From: Candidatus Thorarchaeota archaeon | Lineage (GTDB): Archaea > Asgardarchaeota > Thorarchaeia > Thorarchaeales > Thorarchaeaceae | DNA: 35,619 bases | Reading direction: 5' to 3' | NCBI GenBank assembly: GCA_029858305.1 | Contig: JAOUFI010000020.1 | Coordinates: 1 to 35,619, forward strand | Part shown: positions 8,632 through 18,488 of the stretch, in pieces | How positions within the stretch are numbered: the stretch's first letter is position 1 | Layout: every line of letters begins with the position of its first letter | Made by a program: the position numbers and the translations under genes | Notes under the pieces: generated by a model | The model's input: the letters and a program-made list of their open reading frames with translations, nothing else | What the model was told of the DNA's origin: nothing | Databases searched by the model: none

Positions 8632-11600
8632 TTACTTCTTCCTGATAAGGAACAGGATGAGGATGATGACTACACCTACGCCAATACCGCCAACCAAGCC
8701 GATCAGTAATGGATCGATTCCACCAGTTGTTATGGTCGTTGTGGTTGTGGTTGTAGTTGTCGTAGTGACCGGTGGAGTTACCTGGACGTCTCCTGCAGCA
8801 AAGGATGCTGAGAATCCATCAGCAAAGTCACCAGGCCAGTAGCTGGCTGGTGGATTGCCTACTCCACACAGGTATATTTCGTACAGAGTGCCGTTATCAT
8901 AGGTATCCTCGAGCACAAAAGTGTCGAAGTCCAAGCTGTAGGCACGAATTCTGACGATATAGTCGGTGTCAAGCCAACCAACCGCATTCCATTGATAGGA
9001 AGTGGCAGTCGTGTTCTGCTGAAGCAGCATGTACGAATCGCCACCATCATTGCTCAGCCAGACTGAGTAATAGGTAGTATCATCGACATTCCTGTCAGTG
9101 CTAGACCAGGTGATGTTGAAGTGGTTTGTGCTAGTCTCTACAGGCGCATTCACTGTGACATGAGGTGTGAAGTAGTTTCCAATGAAGACATTGGAGATAC
9201 CACCTGTGTAATCAAAGTTGCTTCCCGTATCACTGGATACAAGGATACCAAACGTCTGATTCTGTAGTAGGTAGTAGGTATCGATCATGAAGGTCCTTGT
9301 GTGGTAGGCCCTTGCCGGCTCGAGACCAACTCTAGTATCTACAGTGAGCCAGTACGTAGAAGAGTCGCCTGCATAGTCCATAATTCCAACGACGATGGAA
9401 CCATCCCTGTCAGCTACGAATGAACCAGCTTCTGGATGAGCTCCACTTGTCATGGATGGAGCAACTGCAATCTTATTACCATAGGTACGTTCTGCCATTG
9501 GTACTGTGGACCACCACATCATGACATCACAATCGCTACCGTCAAAGTCGACAGTAACTCGAACGACATCATCTGTCACGATTCCCGCCACGGTCTCCCA
9601 TGCGAAATCATCGGGGTTGATTGGCGAGCCACTAAATGCTGCATCTGGATCACTAGCAGCGACTGTTGGACCAGTACGCTCGACAAGATTTCCGTAGAGG
9701 ATCTTCATCTCCATTGAAGTGATACCAAACTCTGGAATCAGTGGATTGACACCATTGTCCCAAGTGGCGTTCATATAGACGTGGTCACCTACAGCGCTTC
9801 CGCCATCAGTAATCACAGTCTGAGCTGGAACGTCCCTTGCATTCCATCGGAATGTTAGAGTTGGCTCATCAATGGTCTTCAGACCTATGACTTTGATTGT
9901 GAAGGGTTCAGGAATGGTTGATCCATTCAATGCGTTCATAGTGGTGTAGATCATCCATAGACCTGTCCAACCATCAATCTGAGCCATCGCTAGAGCAGTC
10001 GTGTCAGTGTCCTTAACACTGTCAGCTGATGTCGCCCAAGCCCAACCTGTCATGTCGACAATATCGACATCCATGTCAGTGCCTGGATTAGTCCATTCGA
10101 GTCGTGCACATAGATAGTTCACGTCAGAGTCAGTCACGTTAACGATTATGGCAGTATGATCGCTTGAACCGGGAGCATAGGAGGCATCCCATCCAGCGGT
10201 CAGTGTGCCTGGCTCATAGGGTGTGACTTCATCTCCAACATTAGAAACAGGAGTGAAGACAGTGCCGTTTGCAGAATAGGTTGACAAGACGTTGTAGGTG
10301 TATGGCATCTTCCATTCATAGGTACCATTGTCTGCAATGATGAATCCTTGATGGATACCATAGTCAGTACCAGCGCCCACTGTCAGTGTGACGTTTGTAC
10401 CACCTATAGTGCTGTCAATCGCAGCTGCGATGTTAGCATCGTCAGTCAATGACCAGGTCCGTACTGTGACTTGTAGAACGTTGCCAGTGCCGCCATTCAC
10501 GAGGATGATTGGTGCATTCGGGAAGAGAGAGCCTATACCATCTGGTGTAGATAGGTCTATCTTTATCACGTTCGCTGAGTAGGCACCATATGCAATGCGT
10601 GTAAGCTCATTGCCGTATGTACCATTATAGTAGTCAGGAACTCCATTTGGTGGATCAGTATCGGTCCAGTCAAAGACGAAGGCTGACAGAGGTATTCCTC
10701 CACCAGTAACATCATCAAATGCATCGATGTCTCCAGCGATGGAGATGGTTGCATAGGTCGCTGATTGGAAGTTACCATAATTGCCTCCTAGTCCCGTTGC
10801 AAGATCTATCCAGGTGCCACGGTTGGCTTTAGTCGAGGGGTCATAGTACGTGCCCGTAGTGAATCCGAATGTTGTCGATGTGTCTTCAACATAGTGCCTA
10901 TCACTCCACGTAAGGTCTCCAAATGCCCAATTTCCATCGCTGTTAATGGACATTGTGACTGAGTCACCCTCATTGACTAGGCCAAAGAACAAGTTGTAGT
11001 CTGCAAAGTATGGAGCATGTCCAAGAGCAATTGCGCTGTTGTTGATCAGGGCGTCACGCGTGTACGCATACATGTCGTATGCCCAACCTTCATCAACTGC
11101 AGTTGCCCAGTTGTAGCTTGAGTCCATTGTCGAGAACACATATCCAACGTTGTTCTCAATGTAGTTTACTGCTGCAAAGGCATCAACACGACCAGCACCT
11201 TGGGTCAGTCCGTCTAGACCTAAGTCCACTGCGGTGCTCATCATGATAGTCTTGACTTCATCAGGAGCCAGAGTTGGATCTGCGTCCAACATCAGTGCGG
11301 CAACACCAGCCACAAGTGGACAAGCCATTGATGTGCCGGCATAGACAGCATAGTTGTTGCGAGTTCCGAACAGCTTACCATAGTCAGGTACAAGTCCGTA
11401 GTTGTTCCGACCTGGAGCTAGGATATCTGGCTTGGAGTATCCAAGTGTCATTGGGCCTCTAGATGAGAAGTCAGCAATCTGATCAAATCCTTGGTTGTCA
11501 CCATAGGCTGACTCAAAGGTGTGATAGCTTGTTGTTGCGCCAACACTAATGATCTGAGGAACAGTTGGTGGACCACCAGTTGCATAACCAGGGCCGGAGT

Positions 11601-13464
11601 TACCAGCTGAGAAGACCTGGATTGTGCCTGGATATTGAGGACCAAAGAATCCAGGAGTTGCCAGTGCGGCATAGACCAGCGAATAGCGACCCCAGAGCTC
11701 ATAGTACTGTGGAGCAACCCAGCCCCAAGAGTTACTTGATATGTCCATCTGATGGACGCTCTCGTTGTTCCAGCTCCACCAGCCGCCAGAATAATCGAAT
11801 CCAGCAGCATAGAGGAATGAGTTGAACTCAGACACCATGCCAACTGTCATTACACCAGCGATAGTACTGTCAGGTGCAACACCCGGAAGCGCAACACTCG
11901 AACCACCAGGACCTACTGGATATGTAAGGACACCACGACCAGCAATCTGACCAGATACGAAGGTACCGTGTGAGTCACCGTCATACATGATGCCCATACC
12001 TCTACCGTCGCCAGTACGAATACCATTGATCATTCCAAATCCGAAGATATTCATCTCCCAGCAATGAGCAAGGGTACCAAGGCTAAAGCGGAGTCCGTCA
12101 GGATAGTCCTCATACATAATAAGATGCTCAGGATTACCGTCCTTGGTGTAGTACTTACCAGCTGCAAGGTCATCGACAAAGCTCCAATCACCAAGACCCT
12201 CATAGTAGTCACGGTTGGCTGTAACGTTGAAGTCAATACCTGTGTATCTGGAAAGGCGAATAGCGTCCATCCAGAATTCAGTGTGAGCACGAGTTGTGTT
12301 CCAGTCAACGATGGCTATAGTTTTGTTGATAGTGATAATAGGAGCAAATACCTTGGTGTACGGATCATTGCGCTGCTGGAATGCATAACCAGCAGTCAGA
12401 TAGGTCACACCTTGAGAGGTAGCACCACCCATACACTTTGAAGGTTCAGGAATCTCAAGATCCTGCCTAATGACATTGTAGTAGAACTCAGTCAAGTTAG
12501 CTACATTGGGATATGGATGAGCAGTTCCCCACCAAGCATCTAGGTAACCGTCGAACCACCAGTCCAAGTTCGCAAGACCACCCTGGTTGTTGACACGAGG
12601 ACCATCACCATTTACGACATTAGAATAAAATGGATTATCCACCATGCTTGACCAGTTGATGTAGTACTTGCCAGCCTTTTCGTAGCTGAGTAGGTTCCAC
12701 GAGGAGCCTTCATACCAGGCTGTGATGTTCGCTACATTTGTCACATTGACTCTATAGAGTGTGTTTACATAGCCCCAGCCAGTTGCGTCATAGCTTGTCG
12801 GTAGACCATCGGAACCAATGTCGATGGCACCAAAGAGATCTGGATGGCTGAAGTCAGTACCAGTATCAATGGTAGCGACTTTAACACCCGTTCCGTCATA
12901 ACTTAAGGTTTCCCAGACGTCATCAGCACCAATCCAGGGGACAGTTGCCCATGCTTCTGGTTCTTCTATAATTGGTAGGTTGTCAGTAACTGTATTAAAA
13001 TCGTCGTTCGCGCCCTTATAGAGGCGATCGGCGGAAGCAGTCACTACACCCTCATAGTTCTCAAGTGCGACAAGATTCTCGGTTCCTTTTACAAATGCAC
13101 TAGCAATAATTGCAACTCCAAAATCAGCCTTCCAGTTGAATTGGATAATATTCTCTAGACCATCAAGATTTGCGTTCTTTTCTAGAGTGATGAGGATTCC
13201 GACTGCACCGTCATTATTTTTGACGGCATCGGATGCAATTACGCCTGTGTCCCGATAGCTTGCGAGCACAGAGTCGAGAGGTCCATCTACGTCCCTTTCA
13301 ACCAAGTAACGTTGTAAATCCATCATTACTTGTTCAGGAGTAGCGACCTGTGGTGTAGCAACCTGCGGATTTAGGAGTGTTGTCGGTGTAAATGGCACCA
13401 TTACCATACTCATGGTCATGATGACGATACACAACAACACCATATTCTTCTTCAGGTTGTTCAT
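8632..13464 (-). CDS. Large membrane-anchored S8 subtilase (pyrolysin/STABLE-like) with C-terminal beta-rich domains
   Basis: Signal peptide; triad ATIDTG / DSHGTF / AGTSMACP; oxyanion SAGNSG; Thr-rich linker; C-terminal TM helix ending in RKK. GAGGAG lies upstream. Confidence 0.93.
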   Translation of the reverse strand: MNNLKKNMVLLCIVIMTMSMVMVPFTPTTLLNPQVATPQVATPEQVMMDLQRYLVERDVDGPLDSVLASYRDTGVIASDAVKNNDGAVGILITLEKNANLDGLENIIQFNWKADFGVAIIASAFVKGTENLVALENYEGVVTASADRLYKGANDDFNTVTDNLPIIEEPEAWATVPWIGADDVWETLSYDGTGVKVATIDTGTDFSHPDLFGAIDIGSDGLPTSYDATGWGYVNTLYRVNVTNVANITAWYEGSSWNLLSYEKAGKYYINWSSMVDNPFYSNVVNGDGPRVNNQGGLANLDWWFDGYLDAWWGTAHPYPNVANLTEFYYNVIRQDLEIPEPSKCMGGATSQGVTYLTAGYAFQQRNDPYTKVFAPIITINKTIAIVDWNTTRAHTEFWMDAIRLSRYTGIDFNVTANRDYYEGLGDWSFVDDLAAGKYYTKDGNPEHLIMYEDYPDGLRFSLGTLAHCWEMNIFGFGMINGIRTGDGRGMGIMYDGDSHGTFVSGQIAGRGVLTYPVGPGGSSVALPGVAPDSTIAGVMTVGMVSEFNSFLYAAGFDYSGGWWSWNNESVHQMDISSNSWGWVAPQYYELWGRYSLVYAALATPGFFGPQYPGTIQVFSAGNSGPGYATGGPPTVPQIISVGATTSYHTFESAYGDNQGFDQIADFSSRGPMTLGYSKPDILAPGRNNYGLVPDYGKLFGTRNNYAVYAGTSMACPLVAGVAALMLDADPTLAPDEVKTIMMSTAVDLGLDGLTQGAGRVDAFAAVNYIENNVGYVFSTMDSSYNWATAVDEGWAYDMYAYTRDALINNSAIALGHAPYFADYNLFFGLVNEGDSVTMSINSDGNWAFGDLTWSDRHYVEDTSTTFGFTTGTYYDPSTKANRGTWIDLATGLGGNYGNFQSATYATISIAGDIDAFDDVTGGGIPLSAFVFDWTDTDPPNGVPDYYNGTYGNELTRIAYGAYSANVIKIDLSTPDGIGSLFPNAPIILVNGGTGNVLQVTVRTWSLTDDANIAAAIDSTIGGTNVTLTVGAGTDYGIHQGFIIADNGTYEWKMPYTYNVLSTYSANGTVFTPVSNVGDEVTPYEPGTLTAGWDASYAPGSSDHTAIIVNVTDSDVNYLCARLEWTNPGTDMDVDIVDMTGWAWATSADSVKDTDTTALAMAQIDGWTGLWMIYTTMNALNGSTIPEPFTIKVIGLKTIDEPTLTFRWNARDVPAQTVITDGGSAVGDHVYMNATWDNGVNPLIPEFGITSMEMKILYGNLVERTGPTVAASDPDAAFSGSPINPDDFAWETVAGIVTDDVVRVTVDFDGSDCDVMMWWSTVPMAERTYGNKIAVAPSMTSGAHPEAGSFVADRDGSIVVGIMDYAGDSSTYWLTVDTRVGLEPARAYHTRTFMIDTYYLLQNQTFGILVSSDTGSNFDYTGGISNVFIGNYFTPHVTVNAPVETSTNHFNITWSSTDRNVDDTTYYSVWLSNDGGDSYMLLQQNTTATSYQWNAVGWLDTDYIVRIRAYSLDFDTFVLEDTYDNGTLYEIYLCGVGNPPASYWPGDFADGFSASFAAGDVQVTPPVTTTTTTTTTTTITTGGIDPLLIGLVGGIGVGVVIILILFLIRKK
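8725..8766 (-). repeat. Low-complexity ACN run encoding a poly-Thr linker
   Basis: TTTTTTTTTTTITT immediately before the membrane anchor. Confidence 0.8.
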
Positions 13465-13652
13465 GTTTCATTTTCTCCTCACGCAATTGTAGAGAACAAA
13501 CGCGAACAGAAACATACCGTCTCAGCATGGATGGTATCCTCTGGACGCAACAAAACTTCCAAGTCAATCATAAGAGGATTGACTTTCTCCTCTTCAGCGT
13601 TCTCCACGGGTAGTGTGATTGTCTTCGCGTAGCAGTATCCCTTCTATTAAGC
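13465..13652 (-). promoter_or_regulatory. Putative promoter and long structured 5' leader of the 1610-aa protease
   Basis: TATA-like CTTAATAG (minus, ~13644-13651); perfect 9-bp stem AAGTCAATC/GATTGACTT (13561-13585); imperfect stem at 13514-13537. Confidence 0.45.
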
Positions 13653-13905
13653 ATTGTGCAAGAATTGTACTAGTGAGTGACGATTCTGTCTCCCAAAATC
13701 TATTTTATAGCGCCCATAGTGTTTAAAATCGCCATTAATTGTCTATAATATGCAATTTATAATAATAAAGCACTATAGAGCCTCAAAATAGTCAATGTGT
13801 ACCATAATACACCTGCTCTTCAGAAGAAAATCTAAAATCTCAAACATGTATTGACTCCTTTGAAATATAAGTTGATGAGTTGAACAAAGCAAGAGTACGC
13901 ATTTG

Positions 13906-14994
13906 CTAACGAATCATTTTCTTGATTGCATCAACAATCTCATTAGTCATAATGATTGCACCAATCATCTCAATCCTTGGTTCATCAGCTCGCACATCTC
14001 CCACCTCGCGTGCGACTCTTGTCATGGATCTACCAAGACCTTCGATTAGAGAGATAAGTGCCTGCTTTGCAGAATCTTCTTTCTTACAAGACTGAACCTG
14101 CGAAATCAATTCAACAAGATCAGAGATGACACTGTCTGAGACCTCAGAAGCAGTTTCTGCGCGACGAATCAAATCAGCCCACCGATTTTGACTCTCATGT
14201 AGACTCTTTTCGAGTTCCAATAACTTTCCAGTATCCTTCGGTACCACAGGAGCAGATTTGGTGTTTTCAAGGATGAGTCTGAGATCAGCTATTTCTGATT
14301 GTAGAGCTTCAATTGAAAGATCCTTCTCCTGGAGTTGAGCACGAACCTTATTCTCGATGTCTGAAGGCCCACCTTTTGCTTTTAGTTGCTCCTCCATCAA
14401 GGATATTGAATCTTCTCGCTCACCAATCTCGGCCTTGATAGTTTCAAGCTCACCCTCAAGATTAGCCAAGGAGCTTTCCTTCTCCGTGACGAATTCGTTA
14501 AGTCGCTTGTTATCAACTTCCAAGCGCTGGATTGTGTCCTTGGCAAGTTTGGCCTCGTCTTTGGCATTCTTGAGTTCTGTTCTTAGAGCAACAAGATCAG
14601 GTTCTGGGGCTGCAACAATAAAGTGAGCTACAACAGCAAAGAATAGGATACAACCAAATATGTATGCCAAAGAGGTAATAACTGAGCCAAACACCAGATC
14701 TACTAGTAATTGTAAGCCGAGAGAGTAGGTGTTCCATGAACCAAAGCCCCATGGAAATGCACTTGAAGCAGCAAAGAGAATACCAATCAGTACAGCACAC
14801 AGACTGATAATACCAAAGAATACCATGAGGTTGCGTTTGAAGTCTTCTCGTGGAAGATGTCTTTGATAGACCAGAAGGATAATTCCCAGTGCAGCAAGGG
14901 GCAATGCAAAGATGGAGATTGCCAGAATGTCATCCATTGGTGTACCAAGAGTGATTAGTGCTTGAAAACCTACTTGAGTGCCTAAATCAGTCAA
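13906..14994 (-). CDS. Hypothetical membrane protein with N-terminal TM bundle and long coiled coil
   Basis: Three to four hydrophobic helices, then a heptad-rich E/K/L region and a helical C-terminus. The likely start is TTG 14994 after GGAGG; the track starts at 15126. Confidence 0.82.
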   Translation of the reverse strand: MTDLGTQVGFQALITLGTPMDDILAISIFALPLAALGIILLVYQRHLPREDFKRNLMVFFGIISLCAVLIGILFAASSAFPWGFGSWNTYSLGLQLLVDLVFGSVITSLAYIFGCILFFAVVAHFIVAAPEPDLVALRTELKNAKDEAKLAKDTIQRLEVDNKRLNEFVTEKESSLANLEGELETIKAEIGEREDSISLMEEQLKAKGGPSDIENKVRAQLQEKDLSIEALQSEIADLRLILENTKSAPVVPKDTGKLLELEKSLHESQNRWADLIRRAETASEVSDSVISDLVELISQVQSCKKEDSAKQALISLIEGLGRSMTRVAREVGDVRADEPRIEMIGAIIMTNEIVDAIKKMIR

Positions 14995-15132
14995 CTGAAA
15001 GCCTCCCAACTCATATCGATGGTTAGACATTTTGAAGGATAAAACTATTCTGGCAAAACTATGAAAACGCTCAAAAAGTAATGTAGGATGGTCTGTCCCC
15101 AAAAAACAGGGGACAAGATTTTCCAAAATGCT

Positions 15133-15438
15133 TTATTCTCTCCAGAGCCGGACCTTCTCAGCCTCGTGATCTTCAATCGCCATATCAAGACTCTTGACCA
15201 GTCTCACTGCCTCATCGACTGATAGGAGGAAGGAACCCTTGATATCCCTATCTTCACCGATGGAGAGTCTTACCTTCCCATCATTAATCCATCCTTCTGT
15301 GGTCTTTTCAGGCAGAGCGAGCTGAATCTCAAGCCACGTTCTTCTTGTCTGACCAGTCCCGCGATCATCAAAGAAATGCTTTAGCTGAAGTCGGCGCTCG
15401 TATGTGTATGTTTTACTTGCCAATATCATGCACTCCAA
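15133..15438 (-). CDS. Hypothetical protein (~96-101 aa), possible PC4/Whirly-like beta-sheet plus helix fold
   Basis: Protein-like composition with alternating beta strands followed by an amphipathic helix (LSVDEAVRLVKSL). The fold call is inference. Confidence 0.72.
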   Translation of the reverse strand: MECMILASKTYTYERRLQLKHFFDDRGTGQTRRTWLEIQLALPEKTTEGWINDGKVRLSIGEDRDIKGSFLLSVDEAVRLVKSLDMAIEDHEAEKVRLWRE

Positions 15439-15605
15439 TTATTAACCGGATACTACTGTACCTCACACTAATAGAGACCCGAAGCGATTTGTTCCCCTTT
15501 CTCGGAGTTTCCGAGCTAAGCAAAGAGCGGTTGCGGCAACGTGGTGGCATGCAAGAAAAGCCTTATCTTTACACTGAAGGCTGTCGACATGGAAGGACTT
15601 GCAAA

Positions 15606-18488
15606 ATGCCATCGATTCGCAGAACTACTATCATCCTTGTAGTGCTCTTGACACTCGTCTTCTCACCAATGCCGGTATGGGGCTCTACTACCTCAAACTC
15701 GGCTGGGAGAGTCCTTATGAGTACGAGTCTAGTGACAGCAATTGCCGCTTCTCAGCCAGATGATATTATTGCAGTAGTAGCACAATATCCAGAGGGAAGT
15801 GCTCCGGAAGCTATGACCTCATCACTCCTCTCGCTGGGCATTAATAGTATTCAGGTCAGGCATGCGTTCCATATCATGCCAATGATTTCATTCTATGTGA
15901 AGAGCAGCGACATCAGTCGGCTAGCTCAGGATTCGATGATGCTTCATTTAATGTTAGATGTAAATAGAGAGATCGCCTCGGACACTATTTCCAATCAAGC
16001 AATAATTGCGTCAAATGGTAATGGGTATACGCATTTCACCACACTCATGGATGCCGATGGTCTGTGGGATGAAGGATACAATGGGAGCGGCATTGTCGTC
16101 TCAGTAATAGACAGCGGAGTTGATAGTACTCATCCAGACATAGAGAACCAACTGATCGGATTTAGGGATTTCATTAATGGTAGAGATGATATGACACCTG
16201 CAAATGGTATCGATGCCTACGATGATAATGGCCATGGCACTGCATGTGTTTGGAATATCGCTGGAGATGGTACTGCAAGTGGAGGAAGTCTAACAGGAAT
16301 TGCTCCAGGAGCTAGTATTCTTGCAATCAAGGTACTTGATAATGAAGGATCCGGAGATGACTCAGTAATCGCTCAGGGAATCGAATTTGCCGTTGATAAT
16401 AATGTGGATGTTATCTCTCTGAGCTTGGGTGGAGAGTGGACAGATGATACTTTTGTTATTGAACCATCGGTGGTCGCATGTCGAGCCGCAGTGAATGCAG
16501 GTGTTTCTGTTGTCATAGCTGCGGGCAACTCAGGACCTCAAGCATTCTCAATCAATTCCCCAGGAATCACTGAGGAAGCCATCACGGTGGGGGCATCATC
16601 CGGCGCAGAGGGAGTAATTGCGTTTAGTAGTGTAGGTCCAGTACTAAGAACAACATCACAACCAAAGGGCTACTCTGCTAAGCCAGATGTAGTTGCGCCA
16701 GGATATAATATCGTATCAGGAAGGGGCGAAGACTCGATTACACAAGAATATCCAATTTATAACCAAACACAATTTGGGGATGCGTATACTTTTTGGTCAG
16801 GAACATCTGCGTCGGCACCAATGGTTGCAGGAGCAGTCGCTCTTCTTGCGCAAAAGCACTCTTCTCTAGCACCTGAAGAAGCAAAGACTGCTTTGATGTT
16901 CTCCTCCACTGACCTTGATCTCGATCCAATGGTCCAAGGTTGGGGTCTTGTAAATATTACACGTGCATCTCAAACACTTATTCAGACAGGCAGTGATATT
17001 ACAATCATGACTCCAAAACGGTTCCCCACATTTCCTTGGAGTTCGAAAGTTTTGATAGTTGGAGATGAAAGACCACCTCAGAATATCACTGTAATCTCCT
17101 CCGTCCAATTAGGAACAGCAATCATCACAATAAATGGGAATGCAAGTCAGTACGTACAAACTAATGTTGACCAAATCACGGTAGTCGATGGCTATTCTCA
17201 TTTCAGTATCTATCTAGATATCCCAGATGACTTACCCTTGACTTATGCTGGAAGATATACAGGTACATTGAACTTGACCGTAGGATCTACAACTATCGCG
17301 TCAATCAAAATCGAGTACACAATCACGCTATTTGGAGGTCGATTGATGGTCGACATGGAGCACCACTCAGCAGATGACCCTGATGATCCTTCATATTACG
17401 GATATTTCACAGAATATCTGCGAGAACGAGGCGTCCTGCTATCAGAATTTGGAAGTCCTGATGATCTTGTCAGGAGCTATATCGATCTTGGTTCATTATC
17501 AGCATCAGATATCTTCATGATCATGGATACTGAAACAACATATTCGGAAGGAGAAATCTCTGCACTTCACGAATTCGTTCAAAATGGAGGTACGCTAATC
17601 GTACTTTCAGAAAACTGGGATAATGCAGCACAAGTAGCTTCCTTTGGTATTGATGCATATAATCTCATACTCGAGCCCTTTGGAATTCAGTGCGAACGGA
17701 ATGGCATAGGTGATGGCCCTGGAAATTATGGACTTATATATGATGCAAGTGTTGGAAGCGTTGTTGAGAATACTTCTCTCATGGAAGGAGTGACAAGCCT
17801 ATACATTGTTCAAGGAAGTACTCTTCATGTTGATTCATCAATATCAAACGCACAGGGATTATTCTGGGTAGACTCGGCGAAAACACATGCAATAGTAGCT
17901 ACGGCAGAGTATGGAAATGGCAAGGTGTTTGTCATCTCAGATGGATCTACTCTCTATGATGATATTCTATTTGATGCAATTAGCCGTGAAGCAGATAATC
18001 TTCGGCTTCTCAAGAATCTAGCAGATGCAATTCTTCCCGAAGCACCAAGAATCTATGATGTAGAGATGAATTTGGATGAAATTGGTGACCCTGCGAACAT
18101 AACTGCATATGTCTTTGATGCTGATTTGGAAAGCGTGTCTATAAACATCATTGGACCTGGGAACATAAATCTCACTGGACCAATAACTGAAAGCCTAGGT
18201 TACAAATTCTCATCGAACTTCATTTTCAGTAGCGGAGGATTTTATTCAATCCGTGTTGAAGCATCAGATGCAATGGGGAATATCAGAATTTTCCAGAAGA
18301 CAATCCTTATTCCTGTTGATGCCGCTGACGACCTTTTCATTCAGGCAGTCATCTATACATTACTAGGTGTTGTGGGAATCGGGTTGACTTATGTTGGATG
18401 GCTCAAATATGGTGCAGGACGCAAGTTGAAACCCAAGATAGAACCGAAGGAAGAAGAGTGGGAACTACCCCCTCCATCTATTGAATAG
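15606..18488 (+). CDS. Membrane-anchored S8 subtilase with site-1-protease-like (SKI-1/MBTPS1-like) C-terminal domains
   Basis: Signal peptide from MPSIRR (ATG 15606; track starts at 15345); triad VIDSG / NGHGT / [14 protein letters not shown]; GATase-like (GIFT/DUF4350-type) domain; C-terminal TM helix and charged tail. Confidence 0.92.
   Translation: [960 protein letters not shown]

Noticed and set aside
13334-13567. 77-aa ORF overlapping the start of the giant protease
   Set aside because: Out-of-frame overlap with no protein-like features; better explained as leader sequence.
14995-15126. N-terminal extension of the coiled-coil membrane protein
   Set aside because: It contains TATA-like and GGAGG signals pointing to a start at 14994.
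15345-15605. N-terminal extension of the S1P-like ORF in the track
   Set aside because: It overlaps the divergent gene and promoter region; the signal peptide starts at ATG 15606.
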